Position numbers and translations under genes: made by a program. DNA of 64,000 nucleotides, from positions 385,210 through 449,209 of the forward strand of contig JAAEQR010000072.1 in assembly GCA_024231215.1 (NCBI GenBank), written 5' to 3'. Of this stretch, positions 19,212 through 28,597 are shown piece by piece (the stretch's first letter is position 1; each line of letters begins with the position of its first letter). Source of the DNA: PVC group bacterium. GTDB lineage: Bacteria > Omnitrophota > Gorgyraeia > B26-G9. The notes under the pieces were generated by a model that saw only the letters and a program-made list of their open reading frames with translations, searched no databases and had not been told where the DNA came from.

Positions 19212-20564
19212 ATGAAAAACAAACTGATTTTTGTATTCGGAATATTTAGTCTTGTTTTTCTGGTTATTATTGTTAGCACGAATATTGTTTTTCATTTTCG
19301 GCATACTTTAAAACTGGAAAAAGAAAAGGCATGGGCGTTGGTAAAGACGCTATCTAAATCCCTTGACCTTCCCATGGTTGCCGGAGAAATGGATGTGGTG
19401 GCGGACACACTTGTTACCGTGGGAGAACTTGAAGACTTAAAACGTATTCATATTACGGATACAAGAGGTATTATTCGATATAGTTCAAACCCAAAACAGG
19501 TGGATAGTCTGACCCATTCTGAGGTTATAGAACGGGCTCTAGCAGAGAAAAAAGAAATTGCTGACTTTGAGCATCGGGGTGGTGATTACTTGTTTAGTCT
19601 TGCTTTACCAATATTAAATGAGCAGCGCTGCTATCCTTGTCATCCCCAGAAAGATGAAATTCTGGGAGTTTTAAGAGTCGGGATAGACTGGAAACCTGTC
19701 CAGAAAACATTGATGGGAAATATTCGCCAGGATATTATTATTGCCGTAATATTTTATATTATAGCTATTTTCATCTCCGTTCTTTTTCAGCGTTTTTATA
19801 ACGCAACACAGGTAGCATATGAAAATTTAGAAAAAGCGCAGGAGCAGCTTATAAAAACAGAGAAGATGGCGGCTATCGGACAGATGGCGGCTGCAATCAG
19901 CCATGATTTACGCAATCCGCTTACCGGTATAAAAATGGCGACATATTATTTAGGAAGTAAGATTGATAAAGACAATGTAGAAATAGGTAATATTCTAAAA
20001 GATATTGATCTGGAAATTGATTACGCGAGCAATGTAGTAACTAATATTCTTACCTACTCTAAGCCAACAGAATTAATTTATGTATATGCTGATATAAATA
20101 AAGTAATAAAAGAAACAATTCCTTTTTTACATTTGCAAAGCCGAGACTTAAATATAGAATTAATCACAAATTACGGGAAAGATATTCCGGAAGCTCTAAT
20201 AGATGTGCGGCAGATAAAACAGGCAATTGTGAATTTATTGACGAATTCTATTCAGGCAATGCCAGAGGGAGGGCGATTAACCGTAAGTACAAAATTGGTT
20301 GGAAAATCCGTAGAATTAACAGTGCTTGATACAGGAACCGGTATTTCTTTGGATGATGAAACTAAAATTTTCAATCCATTTTTCACTACGAAAGCAAGAG
20401 GCGTAGGACTGGGTCTTTCTATTGTTTTCAGTATTGTAAATAGGCACGGTGGAAGCGTGGAATTATCAAGTGAGGTGAATAAAGGCACTATATTTATTAT
20501 CCAACTTCCGATTCAGAAACAGTCTCAGGGAGGGGCAATCCCCTTACAGGAAGAGATCGTATGA
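19212..20564 (+). CDS. Sensor histidine kinase with a periplasmic CXXCH (c-type heme motif) sensor domain
   Basis: TM1 (res ~8-28), a periplasmic loop of about 150 aa containing CYPCH, and TM2 (IIIAVIFYIIAIFISVLF). H-box (ISHDLRNPLTGIK) and HATPase_c G-boxes (DTGTGI, GVGLGL) are present. Confidence 0.8.
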   Translation: MKNKLIFVFGIFSLVFLVIIVSTNIVFHFRHTLKLEKEKAWALVKTLSKSLDLPMVAGEMDVVADTLVTVGELEDLKRIHITDTRGIIRYSSNPKQVDSLTHSEVIERALAEKKEIADFEHRGGDYLFSLALPILNEQRCYPCHPQKDEILGVLRVGIDWKPVQKTLMGNIRQDIIIAVIFYIIAIFISVLFQRFYNATQVAYENLEKAQEQLIKTEKMAAIGQMAAAISHDLRNPLTGIKMATYYLGSKIDKDNVEIGNILKDIDLEIDYASNVVTNILTYSKPTELIYVYADINKVIKETIPFLHLQSRDLNIELITNYGKDIPEALIDVRQIKQAIVNLLTNSIQAMPEGGRLTVSTKLVGKSVELTVLDTGTGISLDDETKIFNPFFTTKARGVGLGLSIVFSIVNRHGGSVELSSEVNKGTIFIIQLPIQKQSQGGAIPLQEEIV

Positions 20565-21445
20565 AACATAAAGAGATGATTAAATGCATAAAAGAAGCAA
20601 GAAATTTACCGGAATTGCTGGGGCACTTAGTTGGTTGTTTTACCGATAGCGATGAGGATAAATGTGAGCAGTTAAAAAAGGCGATTAATTGTAAAATAGA
20701 TGAGTTTAAAAAAACAGATGATTCTTTTCGGGAGGCTTCCCGTCGTTCAATGCATTCAGAGAGGCTGGCGGCAATGGGGCAGATGGCGGCTGCAATCAGT
20801 CATGACTTGCGTAATCCTTTAAGTGGTATTAAGGTAGCGGCTGAGTATCTGATGCGGAAACTGAAAGATGAATCTGAAACCATGGATATTATTAATAATA
20901 TCCATAATGAAGTTATTTTTGCAAATAGTATTATTTCCAATATTCTAGAACACGCTAGGATTAGCGAGCCGAGTTTTCAGAAGATATCGATAAAGAAGTC
21001 GATTGATGAGGCTGTTTTAACTGTGGCTCAACAGGGATGTTTTAATAAAATTAAAATAAAAAAAAGAATTGATGCTAATTTGCCGTTATTGAATCTTGAT
21101 TCACTACAGATGCGTCAGGTTTTCATGAATCTATTTAATAATTCCGCGGAGGCTATGGTCGGGGGCGGGGAATTGAAAATTGATGTATTGCGCAAGGAAG
21201 ATAGTGTTGTTATTAGTATAAGCGATAGCGGAGGCGGTATAGAAAAAGACAATTTTGATAAATTGTTTGAGCCGTTTTTTACGACAAAAGTAAAAGGCAT
21301 AGGATTAGGATTGGCGATTACTAAAGAGATTGTTGAAAAACATAAAGGGCAAATATCTGCGGGAAGTAAAACCGGCAAAGGTGCTACTTTTACCATAAGT
21401 TTACCAATACCTCCAAAGAATGAGAAAAAGAAAACGGATAATTAA
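20561..21445 (+). CDS. Soluble histidine kinase with Cys-rich N-terminus, paralog of the preceding kinase
   Basis: No TM. H-box MAAAISHDLRNPLSGIK is nearly identical to the upstream kinase. HATPase_c motifs (DSGGGI, GIGLGL) are present. There are 4 Cys in the first 45 aa. Coupled by an ATGA overlap. Confidence 0.8.
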   Translation: MKHKEMIKCIKEARNLPELLGHLVGCFTDSDEDKCEQLKKAINCKIDEFKKTDDSFREASRRSMHSERLAAMGQMAAAISHDLRNPLSGIKVAAEYLMRKLKDESETMDIINNIHNEVIFANSIISNILEHARISEPSFQKISIKKSIDEAVLTVAQQGCFNKIKIKKRIDANLPLLNLDSLQMRQVFMNLFNNSAEAMVGGGELKIDVLRKEDSVVISISDSGGGIEKDNFDKLFEPFFTTKVKGIGLGLAITKEIVEKHKGQISAGSKTGKGATFTISLPIPPKNEKKKTDN

Positions 21446-21447
21446 AA

Positions 21448-21825
21448 ATGGATAAAAAGATGCATATATTGATTGTTGACGACGAGCAGATTGTGAGAGA
21501 GACGATAGAGCGGGTATTGAGGAATGAAGGTTTTAGTGTTCAGGTTGCCGAGTGCGGCAATACAGCGGTTGAATTGGCAAAGACAGTTGAAGTGGATGTT
21601 GCTCTGTTGGATATTAAAATGCCGGGAATTGATGGAATTGAGACTCTGGTAAGGCTTAAAGCATTAAAACCGAAAATGTCTGCAATAATGATGACTGGTT
21701 ATGAATTGCCGGAACGGCTGGAAAAAGCTTTTGCTATAGGTGCATGTGCGTGTTTACATAAACCTTTTGATATCCAAAAATTATTGGATATTGTTGAAGG
21801 GCTAAAGAATAAAGATGAAGAATAA
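21448..21825 (+). CDS. Single-domain CheY-like response regulator
   Basis: 125 aa REC domain: DDE acidic pocket, phospho-Asp in LLDIKMPGIDG, and conserved T/K. Confidence 0.8.
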   Translation: MDKKMHILIVDDEQIVRETIERVLRNEGFSVQVAECGNTAVELAKTVEVDVALLDIKMPGIDGIETLVRLKALKPKMSAIMMTGYELPERLEKAFAIGACACLHKPFDIQKLLDIVEGLKNKDEE

Positions 21826-23254
21826 TAATAGTTTATATAAAATTTTGCTAGTGGATGACGAAAAAGTTATCCGGGAAACCTTGTGTTCGATTTTAAAGGA
21901 AGACGGTTATGGGGTTTCTACGGCCAGGTGGGGGAAAGATGCAGTTAAGCTGGCCAGAGAGGCTAAATTTGATTTAGCAATCCTTGATCTGAAGCTTCCG
22001 GATATGAGCGGGTTAGATGTTTTACGCAGACTTAAAGAATATCATCCGGATATTTGTGCGGTTTTAATAACTGCTTATCCAACCACAGAATCGGCAATAA
22101 TGGCAATCCAGGAAGAAGCATATGAATATATTACAAAGCCGTTTGATATTAGCCATGTGAAATTGGTTATTCGAAGAGGTATCGAAGAAAAACAACTGGC
22201 ATTGGAGAATAAAAAGCTGCTAAGTAATATTAAAAATGAGAAAGATAAACTTGAGACAATGTTACATATCGGACATATGATGAGCTCGATATTGAACCTG
22301 GAAAAACTAGCGGAATTTATTGTGCAGAAGATATCAGATGTTTTAAAGTCAAGGGTTTGTTCTTTGATGTTGCTTGATACAGAAGAAGAAATGCTTGTGA
22401 TTAAAGCGGCCAGAGGGCTTGATGATGTAGTAGTTAAGACTACACGGATAAAATTGGGAGAATCGATAAGCGGATGGGTGGCGCAAAAAGGAGAGCCGGT
22501 ACTTGTTCGTAATATAGAAGATGATTTACAGTTTGGCCGGGCTAATCTGCCTCAATATGAAACGAAATCACTTTTATCTCTGCCGCTTAAGGTTAAAGGT
22601 ATTGTGTTAGGAGTAATAAACGTTGCGGATAAAAAACATTCAGAGCAAGGGAATGTTTTTACGGAAGATGATCTTCAGTTTTTAGCGATGATTTGTAATT
22701 ATGCGGCAATTTCGATTGAGAATGCCAAGCTTTATGGAGAGGTGAAAAATCTGGCTATAACCGATGGCTTGACCAATTTATTTAATCATCGTTATTTTCA
22801 GACACAGCTAGGTGCGGAAGTTGCGCGTGTACAGCGTTATCCACGTCCGTTATCTTTGCTTATGTTTGATATCGATTCATTTAAACAATTTAATGATACT
22901 TATGGACATCCTATGGGGGATACGGTGCTTAGCCAGATTGGTAAGATGATTAGGAAAACAGTTCGTAAAGTTGATATTACCTGTCGTTATGGAGGAGAGG
23001 AATTTGCGGTAATTCTACCGGAAACACATTTAAAAAAAGCAGCGGTTGTTGCCGAAAAAATCCGTCAAAATATAGAAGCTTTGCAGTTTGAAACCGGTAA
23101 GGGTAAAAATAAAAAAATGACGGTGAGCGGCGGGGTAGCTGAATTTAATAAGGGAATAACCAAAGAACAGCTGGTAACATTTGCCGATGGCGCGTTATAT
23201 AAAGCAAAAACCACGGGTAAAAATAAGATCTGTACTCATCTGCCTAGTAAATAA
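21815..23254 (+). CDS. Response regulator REC-GAF-GGDEF diguanylate cyclase
   Basis: N-terminal REC (LVDDE, phospho-Asp in ILDLKLPDMSG), central GAF-like domain, and C-terminal GGDEF with an intact GGEEF (RYGGEEFAV) active-site motif. Confidence 0.85.
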   Translation: MKNNNSLYKILLVDDEKVIRETLCSILKEDGYGVSTARWGKDAVKLAREAKFDLAILDLKLPDMSGLDVLRRLKEYHPDICAVLITAYPTTESAIMAIQEEAYEYITKPFDISHVKLVIRRGIEEKQLALENKKLLSNIKNEKDKLETMLHIGHMMSSILNLEKLAEFIVQKISDVLKSRVCSLMLLDTEEEMLVIKAARGLDDVVVKTTRIKLGESISGWVAQKGEPVLVRNIEDDLQFGRANLPQYETKSLLSLPLKVKGIVLGVINVADKKHSEQGNVFTEDDLQFLAMICNYAAISIENAKLYGEVKNLAITDGLTNLFNHRYFQTQLGAEVARVQRYPRPLSLLMFDIDSFKQFNDTYGHPMGDTVLSQIGKMIRKTVRKVDITCRYGGEEFAVILPETHLKKAAVVAEKIRQNIEALQFETGKGKNKKMTVSGGVAEFNKGITKEQLVTFADGALYKAKTTGKNKICTHLPSK

Positions 23255-23348
23255 GTATCCAAATCATGGGGAAGGAATTTTTCTCTGCCTACCTTTATAT
23301 CAATATACTATTTTTCAAATATCGATAAAAGTGGTATACTAAAAGCTA

Positions 23349-23365
23349 CAAATTCTGGGTTTAAA
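23349..23365 (+). repeat. 17-nt motif CAAATTCTGGGTTTAAA, copy 2 (upstream of yggS)
   Basis: Exact copy of 15674-15690, lying 18 nt upstream of the yggS ATG. Confidence 0.6.
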
Positions 23366-23382
23366 AAAGGATTTAAAATACA

Positions 23383-24063
23383 ATGATTGAACAGCGGTTA
23401 GAAGATTTAAAACACAGGGTTGAGATTGCAGCCCATAGGGCCAGCCGATCCTTAGAAGATATATCCATTGTATGTGTGACCAAGCAGGCTCGCTTAGAAG
23501 ATGTGGTTGAGGTTGTCCGGGCCGGGTTTTTTTGTATTGGTGAGAATCGTATCCAGGTGGCAGAGGAGAAATTTGAGTATTTAAAGAAGACGCTGTCTGA
23601 AACTGAATTCTCACAATTGCGATGGCATCTGATTGGGCATTTACAGTCCAACAAAGTGGCTAAGGCAGTAAAGATGTTTGATATGATTCAGTCTGTAGAT
23701 AGCTTAAAACTAGCACAGCTGATCAATTCTCAGGCCCAAAAGGCAGGTAAGCCGATTGATATTTTGGTTCAGCCGAATATCTCAGAGGAAGAGTCTAAAC
23801 ACGGGGCAAGTTTTGAGAAATCAGGAGAATTGATAAAACAGATAAATGATTTAAAGTTTTTAAATCTTAAGGGGCTTATGGGTATTGGGCCGTTTACGGA
23901 TGATCAGCAGTTGATACGATCATGCTTTCGCAAGTTGGCAGGGTTTTATAAGTCTCAGCCTGTAATGCCAATATTATCTATGGGGATGAGTGATGATTTT
24001 GAGATTGCGATAGAAGAAGGCTCAAATATGATCAGGGTTGGCAGAACAATTTTTGGAGGATAG
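23383..24063 (+). CDS. yggS: YggS-family pyridoxal-phosphate homeostasis protein (PLP-binding, alanine racemase N-terminal-like)
   Basis: 226 aa. It has the conserved PLP-Lys context (VCVTKQ) and HLIGHLQSNK motif. It is followed by proC, as in many bacteria. Confidence 0.85.
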   Translation: MIEQRLEDLKHRVEIAAHRASRSLEDISIVCVTKQARLEDVVEVVRAGFFCIGENRIQVAEEKFEYLKKTLSETEFSQLRWHLIGHLQSNKVAKAVKMFDMIQSVDSLKLAQLINSQAQKAGKPIDILVQPNISEEESKHGASFEKSGELIKQINDLKFLNLKGLMGIGPFTDDQQLIRSCFRKLAGFYKSQPVMPILSMGMSDDFEIAIEEGSNMIRVGRTIFGG

Positions 24064-24071
24064 AAAAGACG

Positions 24072-24863
24072 ATGAAAGTAGGTATAATCGGCGCAGGTAA
24101 TATGGGAGAAGCAATTATCCGAGGGCTTGAGCAAAAGAAGGGAGCTTCTGTTTTTGTCTATGAAAAGGACAGCCGGCGGCTAGCTAAAATTTGCCGTAGT
24201 TATCATGTGAAAAAGATTACACTTGAACAATTGAAAAAAACGTGTAATATAATTATCATTTGTGTGAAGCCTCAGAATATAGACGAAGTGCTGACTGTTT
24301 TAAGTCTAGCTTTGAACAGCCGACAGCTAGTTATTTCTATTGCGGCTGGAGTTACAATAAAGCATATTCAGAAGTTTTTTAAAGAGAAGGTTCCGGTCGT
24401 AAGAGTAATGCCGAATATGCCGGGTTTGATTGGAGTTGGTATTTCTGCGTATTGTCTTGGCAAACATGCCAAGCAAAAGCACGCAAAGATAACTGATAGT
24501 ATATTCTTAACTATGGGGGAGACTTTGCGGACTACAGAAAGTAAGATGAATGCGGTGACTGCGGTTAGCGGTAGCGGTCCGGGATTTATTGCATATTTAG
24601 CAGATAGTTTAATAAGTGCAGCTCGTTCTGTGGGTTTAACGGAAAAAGAGGCTTATTTTCTGAGCTTATATACCTTGCAGGGTACTGCGTCTTTGATGGT
24701 TGAGACGCAGATATTACCTGAGGTTCTGGTTAAGCGTGTGGCATCTAAAGGTGGGACTACAGAGGCTGGGCTTAAGGTATTTAATAAAGAGAAAACTAAA
24801 ACGATTGTAAAAAAGGCTATTCAAGCTGCGGTAAAAAGAGCAAAGGAGTTATCAAAGGAATAA
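24072..24863 (+). CDS. proC: Pyrroline-5-carboxylate reductase ProC
   Basis: N-terminal Rossmann GIIGAGNMGEAI. C-terminal P5CR dimerisation-domain motifs (GSGPGF, GGTTEAG) are present. Confidence 0.85.
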   Translation: MKVGIIGAGNMGEAIIRGLEQKKGASVFVYEKDSRRLAKICRSYHVKKITLEQLKKTCNIIIICVKPQNIDEVLTVLSLALNSRQLVISIAAGVTIKHIQKFFKEKVPVVRVMPNMPGLIGVGISAYCLGKHAKQKHAKITDSIFLTMGETLRTTESKMNAVTAVSGSGPGFIAYLADSLISAARSVGLTEKEAYFLSLYTLQGTASLMVETQILPEVLVKRVASKGGTTEAGLKVFNKEKTKTIVKKAIQAAVKRAKELSKE

Positions 24864-24865
24864 TT

Positions 24866-27694
24866 ATGGATACACAAATTGATTACAAAAAGACGATAAA
24901 TTTACCCAAAACCGATTTCCCAATGAAAGCGAATCTTTCAAATAAAGAACCGCTGATTTTAGAAAATTGGAAAAATCAGCAGCTTTATAAGAAAATGCTT
25001 GAGCAGGCAGGGTCTAAGCCTAAATATGTTTTGCATGACGGGCCGCCGTATGCAAATGGAAATATCCATATTGGGCATGCTTTAAATAAGATATTAAAAG
25101 ACATTATTGTCAAGTATAAATCAATGCGCGGTTTTTTTACGGCTTATGTGCCGGGATGGGATTGTCATGGCTTGCCTGTAGAGCTTCAGTTATTTAAAAA
25201 ATTGAAAAAACGAAAAGATCAAGTTGATCAAGTTGAATTTAGAAAACAGGCGCATGATTTTGCGATGCGGTTTGTTGATATCCAGAGAGAAGAATTTAAA
25301 CGTTTAGGTGTTTTTGGGGATTGGGAAAATCCTTATTTGACCTTAGCTCATAGTTATGAAGCGGCAATTATCCGTTCCTTTGGCGCTTTAGTTGGTAAAG
25401 GATATATTTATAAAGGATGTAAGCCTGTAAATTGGTGCTCTAACTGTGAGACTGCTTTGGCTGAGGCTGAAGTTGAATATGAAAATCATACTTCTCCGTC
25501 GGTTTTTGTTAAGTTCGCAATTCCGGATATTAGTAATGTTCCGGATACAGAAGGAGCTGGTACAGATAAATTTCATCTTGTTATCTGGACGACAACTCCT
25601 TGGACATTACTGGGTAATGTGGCGTGTGCAGTGCATCCTGAGTTTACGTATGTATATGCAAAAGTAGGGGATGAAGTCCTGGTCTTGGAAAAAAATCTGG
25701 TTCAGTCTGTTTTGGAAAAGGCGGGAATAACAGATTATAAGATTGTGGGAGAAAGCAAAGGATTGAACTTAGAAGACCTTGAATATAATCAGCCTTTTGG
25801 AAGAAGAGGTAAGGTAGTGCTTGCGGATTATGTTTCTTGTGAAGATGGTTCTGGAATTGTGCATACAGCTCCCGGATACGGAACAGAAGACTTTATGACC
25901 GGTAAAAGATATGGCCTGGATGTAGTCATGCAGGTTGATGATAAAGGGCGTTTCTTTAGTAATATTCCTCAATTTGGGGGTTTACATGTACATAAAGCTA
26001 ATCCTTTGATCGTTGAGACTTTAAAAGAGAAGGGGGAACTTCTTGCCGGCCTAGATATTCAACATTCTTATCCGCATTGTTGGCGCTGTAAAAAACCGAT
26101 TATTTTTAGAGCTACAGATCAGTGGTTTATGAGCATTGATCATAAGGCGTTAAGGAATAAGATTCTGGGAGAAATACCCCATCTTCGATGGGTTCCGGGA
26201 TTTGGAGAAAATAGAATTACAAGTATGGTTGAAAGCAGGCCGGACTGGTGTCTTTCCCGACAAAGATTGTGGGGAGTTCCGATTCCGGTATTTTACTGTG
26301 TTAAATGTAATACTTCGGTTTTAGATAAAAATGTGATTGAGCACTTTGCTGAAATCGTTGAATCAGTTGGTACTGATAGTTGGTTTAGCAAAGAAGCAAA
26401 GGAGCTTTTACCGGATGGTTTCGTTTGCTCGGGGTGTCAGTCAACTGAATTTAAAAAAGAGACAGATATTTTGGATGTATGGTTTGATTCAGGGGTGAGT
26501 CATCAGGCGGTGGTTAAACAAAATCCGAATTTGCAATATCCGGCAGATCTTTATTTAGAAGGTTCTGATCAGCATCGCGGTTGGTTCCAGGCGTCTTTAA
26601 TTCCGGGGATGGCAATTGACGGTTGTGCTCCGTTTAAAGGTGTGCTTACCCATGGGTTTGCGGTTGACGGAGAGGGCAAGAAGATGTCTAAATCCCGCGG
26701 TAATGTTATTGCTCCGCAAACGGTCATTAATAAATTAGGCGCAGATGTATTAAGACTTTGGGTTGCTTCTTCAGATTATACCGGTGATGTGAGGATCTCA
26801 GATGAGATCTTAGCCCGGGGTAGTGAGAGCTATCGCAAGATCAGAAATACTCTGAAGTTTATACTTGGTAATTTGTTTGATTTTGATCCGAATAAAGATG
26901 TTGTAGCTTATGAAGATTTACAGGAAATTGACCGCTGGGCCTTATCTGCTTTACATAAACTATTAAAGCAAGTGACAGATGCTTATGAGAAATTTGCTTT
27001 TTATCAGGTAAATAAGCTGATCTATAACTTTTGTATTGTGGAGATGAGTTCTTTCTACCTGGATGTTTTAAAAGACAGGCTTTATACTTCTGCTGCAGGC
27101 GCTACTGTGCGTAGGTCCAGCCAGACAGTTTTATATGAGATTTTGCTATCAATTATTAAGGTTATAGCTCCGGTGCTATCGTTTACCGCAGAAGAAGCAT
27201 ATGGTTTTGTGCCGGCTAAGACAGAGGATAGTGTGTTTTTGACAGAGTGGCCGGAATGTAAAGAAGAGCATATAAAAGAAGATTTAAATTGCACCTGGAA
27301 GGTATTACTTGATGTGCGTAATTGTGTCTTAAAGGTGTTAGAAGAAGCCCGTAGTAGTAAGCTGATCGGCAACAGTCTTGAAGCTAAAGTGGTCATTTTT
27401 TACTCTAAAGATGATGCGAGAATGCGTGAGATGTTAGAGGGATATTTAGGACAGCTTCCCGGTATTTTTATCGTCTCGCAGGTGGAGTTGAATTCTGATA
27501 TTGACAGCGCTGATTTGCCAGTATATAATGTAGACCTCTTGCAGCAAAATGCAGAGATTGTTCAAGGACAGATGAAAATAAAGATAGAAAGCGCGCAAGG
27601 CACAAAATGTATACGTTGTTGGAACTATGCGCAAAGTGTAGGTTCAAATGAACAGCATCCGAGTTTATGTGCCCGATGTGTTGAGAATATTTAG
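24866..27694 (+). CDS. ileS: Isoleucine--tRNA ligase IleS (bacterial type with C-terminal zinc finger)
   Basis: 942 aa. Class I HIGH (NIHIGH) and KMSKS motifs. C-terminal Cys4 motif (CIRCWNY...CARC). Confidence 0.95.
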   Translation: MDTQIDYKKTINLPKTDFPMKANLSNKEPLILENWKNQQLYKKMLEQAGSKPKYVLHDGPPYANGNIHIGHALNKILKDIIVKYKSMRGFFTAYVPGWDCHGLPVELQLFKKLKKRKDQVDQVEFRKQAHDFAMRFVDIQREEFKRLGVFGDWENPYLTLAHSYEAAIIRSFGALVGKGYIYKGCKPVNWCSNCETALAEAEVEYENHTSPSVFVKFAIPDISNVPDTEGAGTDKFHLVIWTTTPWTLLGNVACAVHPEFTYVYAKVGDEVLVLEKNLVQSVLEKAGITDYKIVGESKGLNLEDLEYNQPFGRRGKVVLADYVSCEDGSGIVHTAPGYGTEDFMTGKRYGLDVVMQVDDKGRFFSNIPQFGGLHVHKANPLIVETLKEKGELLAGLDIQHSYPHCWRCKKPIIFRATDQWFMSIDHKALRNKILGEIPHLRWVPGFGENRITSMVESRPDWCLSRQRLWGVPIPVFYCVKCNTSVLDKNVIEHFAEIVESVGTDSWFSKEAKELLPDGFVCSGCQSTEFKKETDILDVWFDSGVSHQAVVKQNPNLQYPADLYLEGSDQHRGWFQASLIPGMAIDGCAPFKGVLTHGFAVDGEGKKMSKSRGNVIAPQTVINKLGADVLRLWVASSDYTGDVRISDEILARGSESYRKIRNTLKFILGNLFDFDPNKDVVAYEDLQEIDRWALSALHKLLKQVTDAYEKFAFYQVNKLIYNFCIVEMSSFYLDVLKDRLYTSAAGATVRRSSQTVLYEILLSIIKVIAPVLSFTAEEAYGFVPAKTEDSVFLTEWPECKEEHIKEDLNCTWKVLLDVRNCVLKVLEEARSSKLIGNSLEAKVVIFYSKDDARMREMLEGYLGQLPGIFIVSQVELNSDIDSADLPVYNVDLLQQNAEIVQGQMKIKIESAQGTKCIRCWNYAQSVGSNEQHPSLCARCVENI

Positions 27695-27718
27695 ATCTAG
27701 GAAAGGAGCTAGAGTAGC

Positions 27719-28099
27719 GTGAATAAAAAAGAATCTCAGGAATTTAAAAAGAAACTTATTAGTTTAAGAGAGAGAATTAGCGAAGAGATCAAACATTTAG
27801 GAGAGAACGGTGGTATAAATAAATCACAAAGAGATGCAAGTGGTGATTTATCTGCATATACTTTTCATATGGCTGATGTGGCCAGCGATAGTTATGAACG
27901 GGAGTTTTCCTGGGATAGACTTAGCGGCGAACAGCAAGAAATCGTTCAGATAGATGATGCCTTAAAAAGAATCGAAGAAGGTACCTACGGAAAATGTGAG
28001 GGGTGCGGAGGCAAAATCAAAAAAGAACGTTTAAAAGCTTTGCCACATTGCAAGATGTGCCTTAAATGCAAAAAAGAGCAAGAAGAAAAAAAAGGTTAA
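27719..28099 (+). CDS. DksA/TraR-family C4 zinc-finger protein
   Basis: 126 aa. N-terminal coiled coil followed by CEGCGG...CKMCLKC, typical of DksA/TraR. GTG start with an AGGAG RBS. Confidence 0.7.
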   Translation: MNKKESQEFKKKLISLRERISEEIKHLGENGGINKSQRDASGDLSAYTFHMADVASDSYEREFSWDRLSGEQQEIVQIDDALKRIEEGTYGKCEGCGGKIKKERLKALPHCKMCLKCKKEQEEKKG

Positions 28100-28581
28100 G
28101 TATAGGCGGACATACTGTGATACTTAAACTAGTAATATCCGTTTTTCTTGTTTTTCTCGATCAGCTTTCTAAGATTGTTGTAATGAAAAAGCTGTATCAA
28201 AATGAGAGCATACCTGTCTTAAGCGATATCTTTCATATAACGCTTGTCTATAATAGCGGTTCAGCTTTTGGTTTGTTTCGTGACCAGAACTGGATACTGC
28301 CCTACATTTCTGTTTTTGCGATTATTGCTATTCTATTACTGCTGATACGGCGTCCGCAGTTTGAATCAAAAAAATATCTTCATATATGGCAGATAGCTTT
28401 GCTTCTTATTTTAAGCGGAGCTACAGGTAATTTAATCGACCGGATAAAGCTCGGGTATGTGGTAGATTTTCTTGATTTTCGGATTTGGCCGGTTTTTAAT
28501 ATTGCGGATACACTGATATCTTGCGGAGTAATATTGCTTCTTTTTGTTTTTTTTAAAAAAGACGCAATTATTCAAAATTGA
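28066..28581 (+). CDS. lspA: Lipoprotein signal peptidase II LspA
   Basis: 4-TM protein with LspA motifs (NSGSAFG, FNIADTLI). The ORF start overlaps dksA by 34 nt. The true start may be the in-frame GTG at 28117. Confidence 0.8.
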   Translation: MQKRARRKKRLSIGGHTVILKLVISVFLVFLDQLSKIVVMKKLYQNESIPVLSDIFHITLVYNSGSAFGLFRDQNWILPYISVFAIIAILLLLIRRPQFESKKYLHIWQIALLLILSGATGNLIDRIKLGYVVDFLDFRIWPVFNIADTLISCGVILLLFVFFKKDAIIQN

Positions 28582-28597
28582 TTAGAGGGATTTAAAG

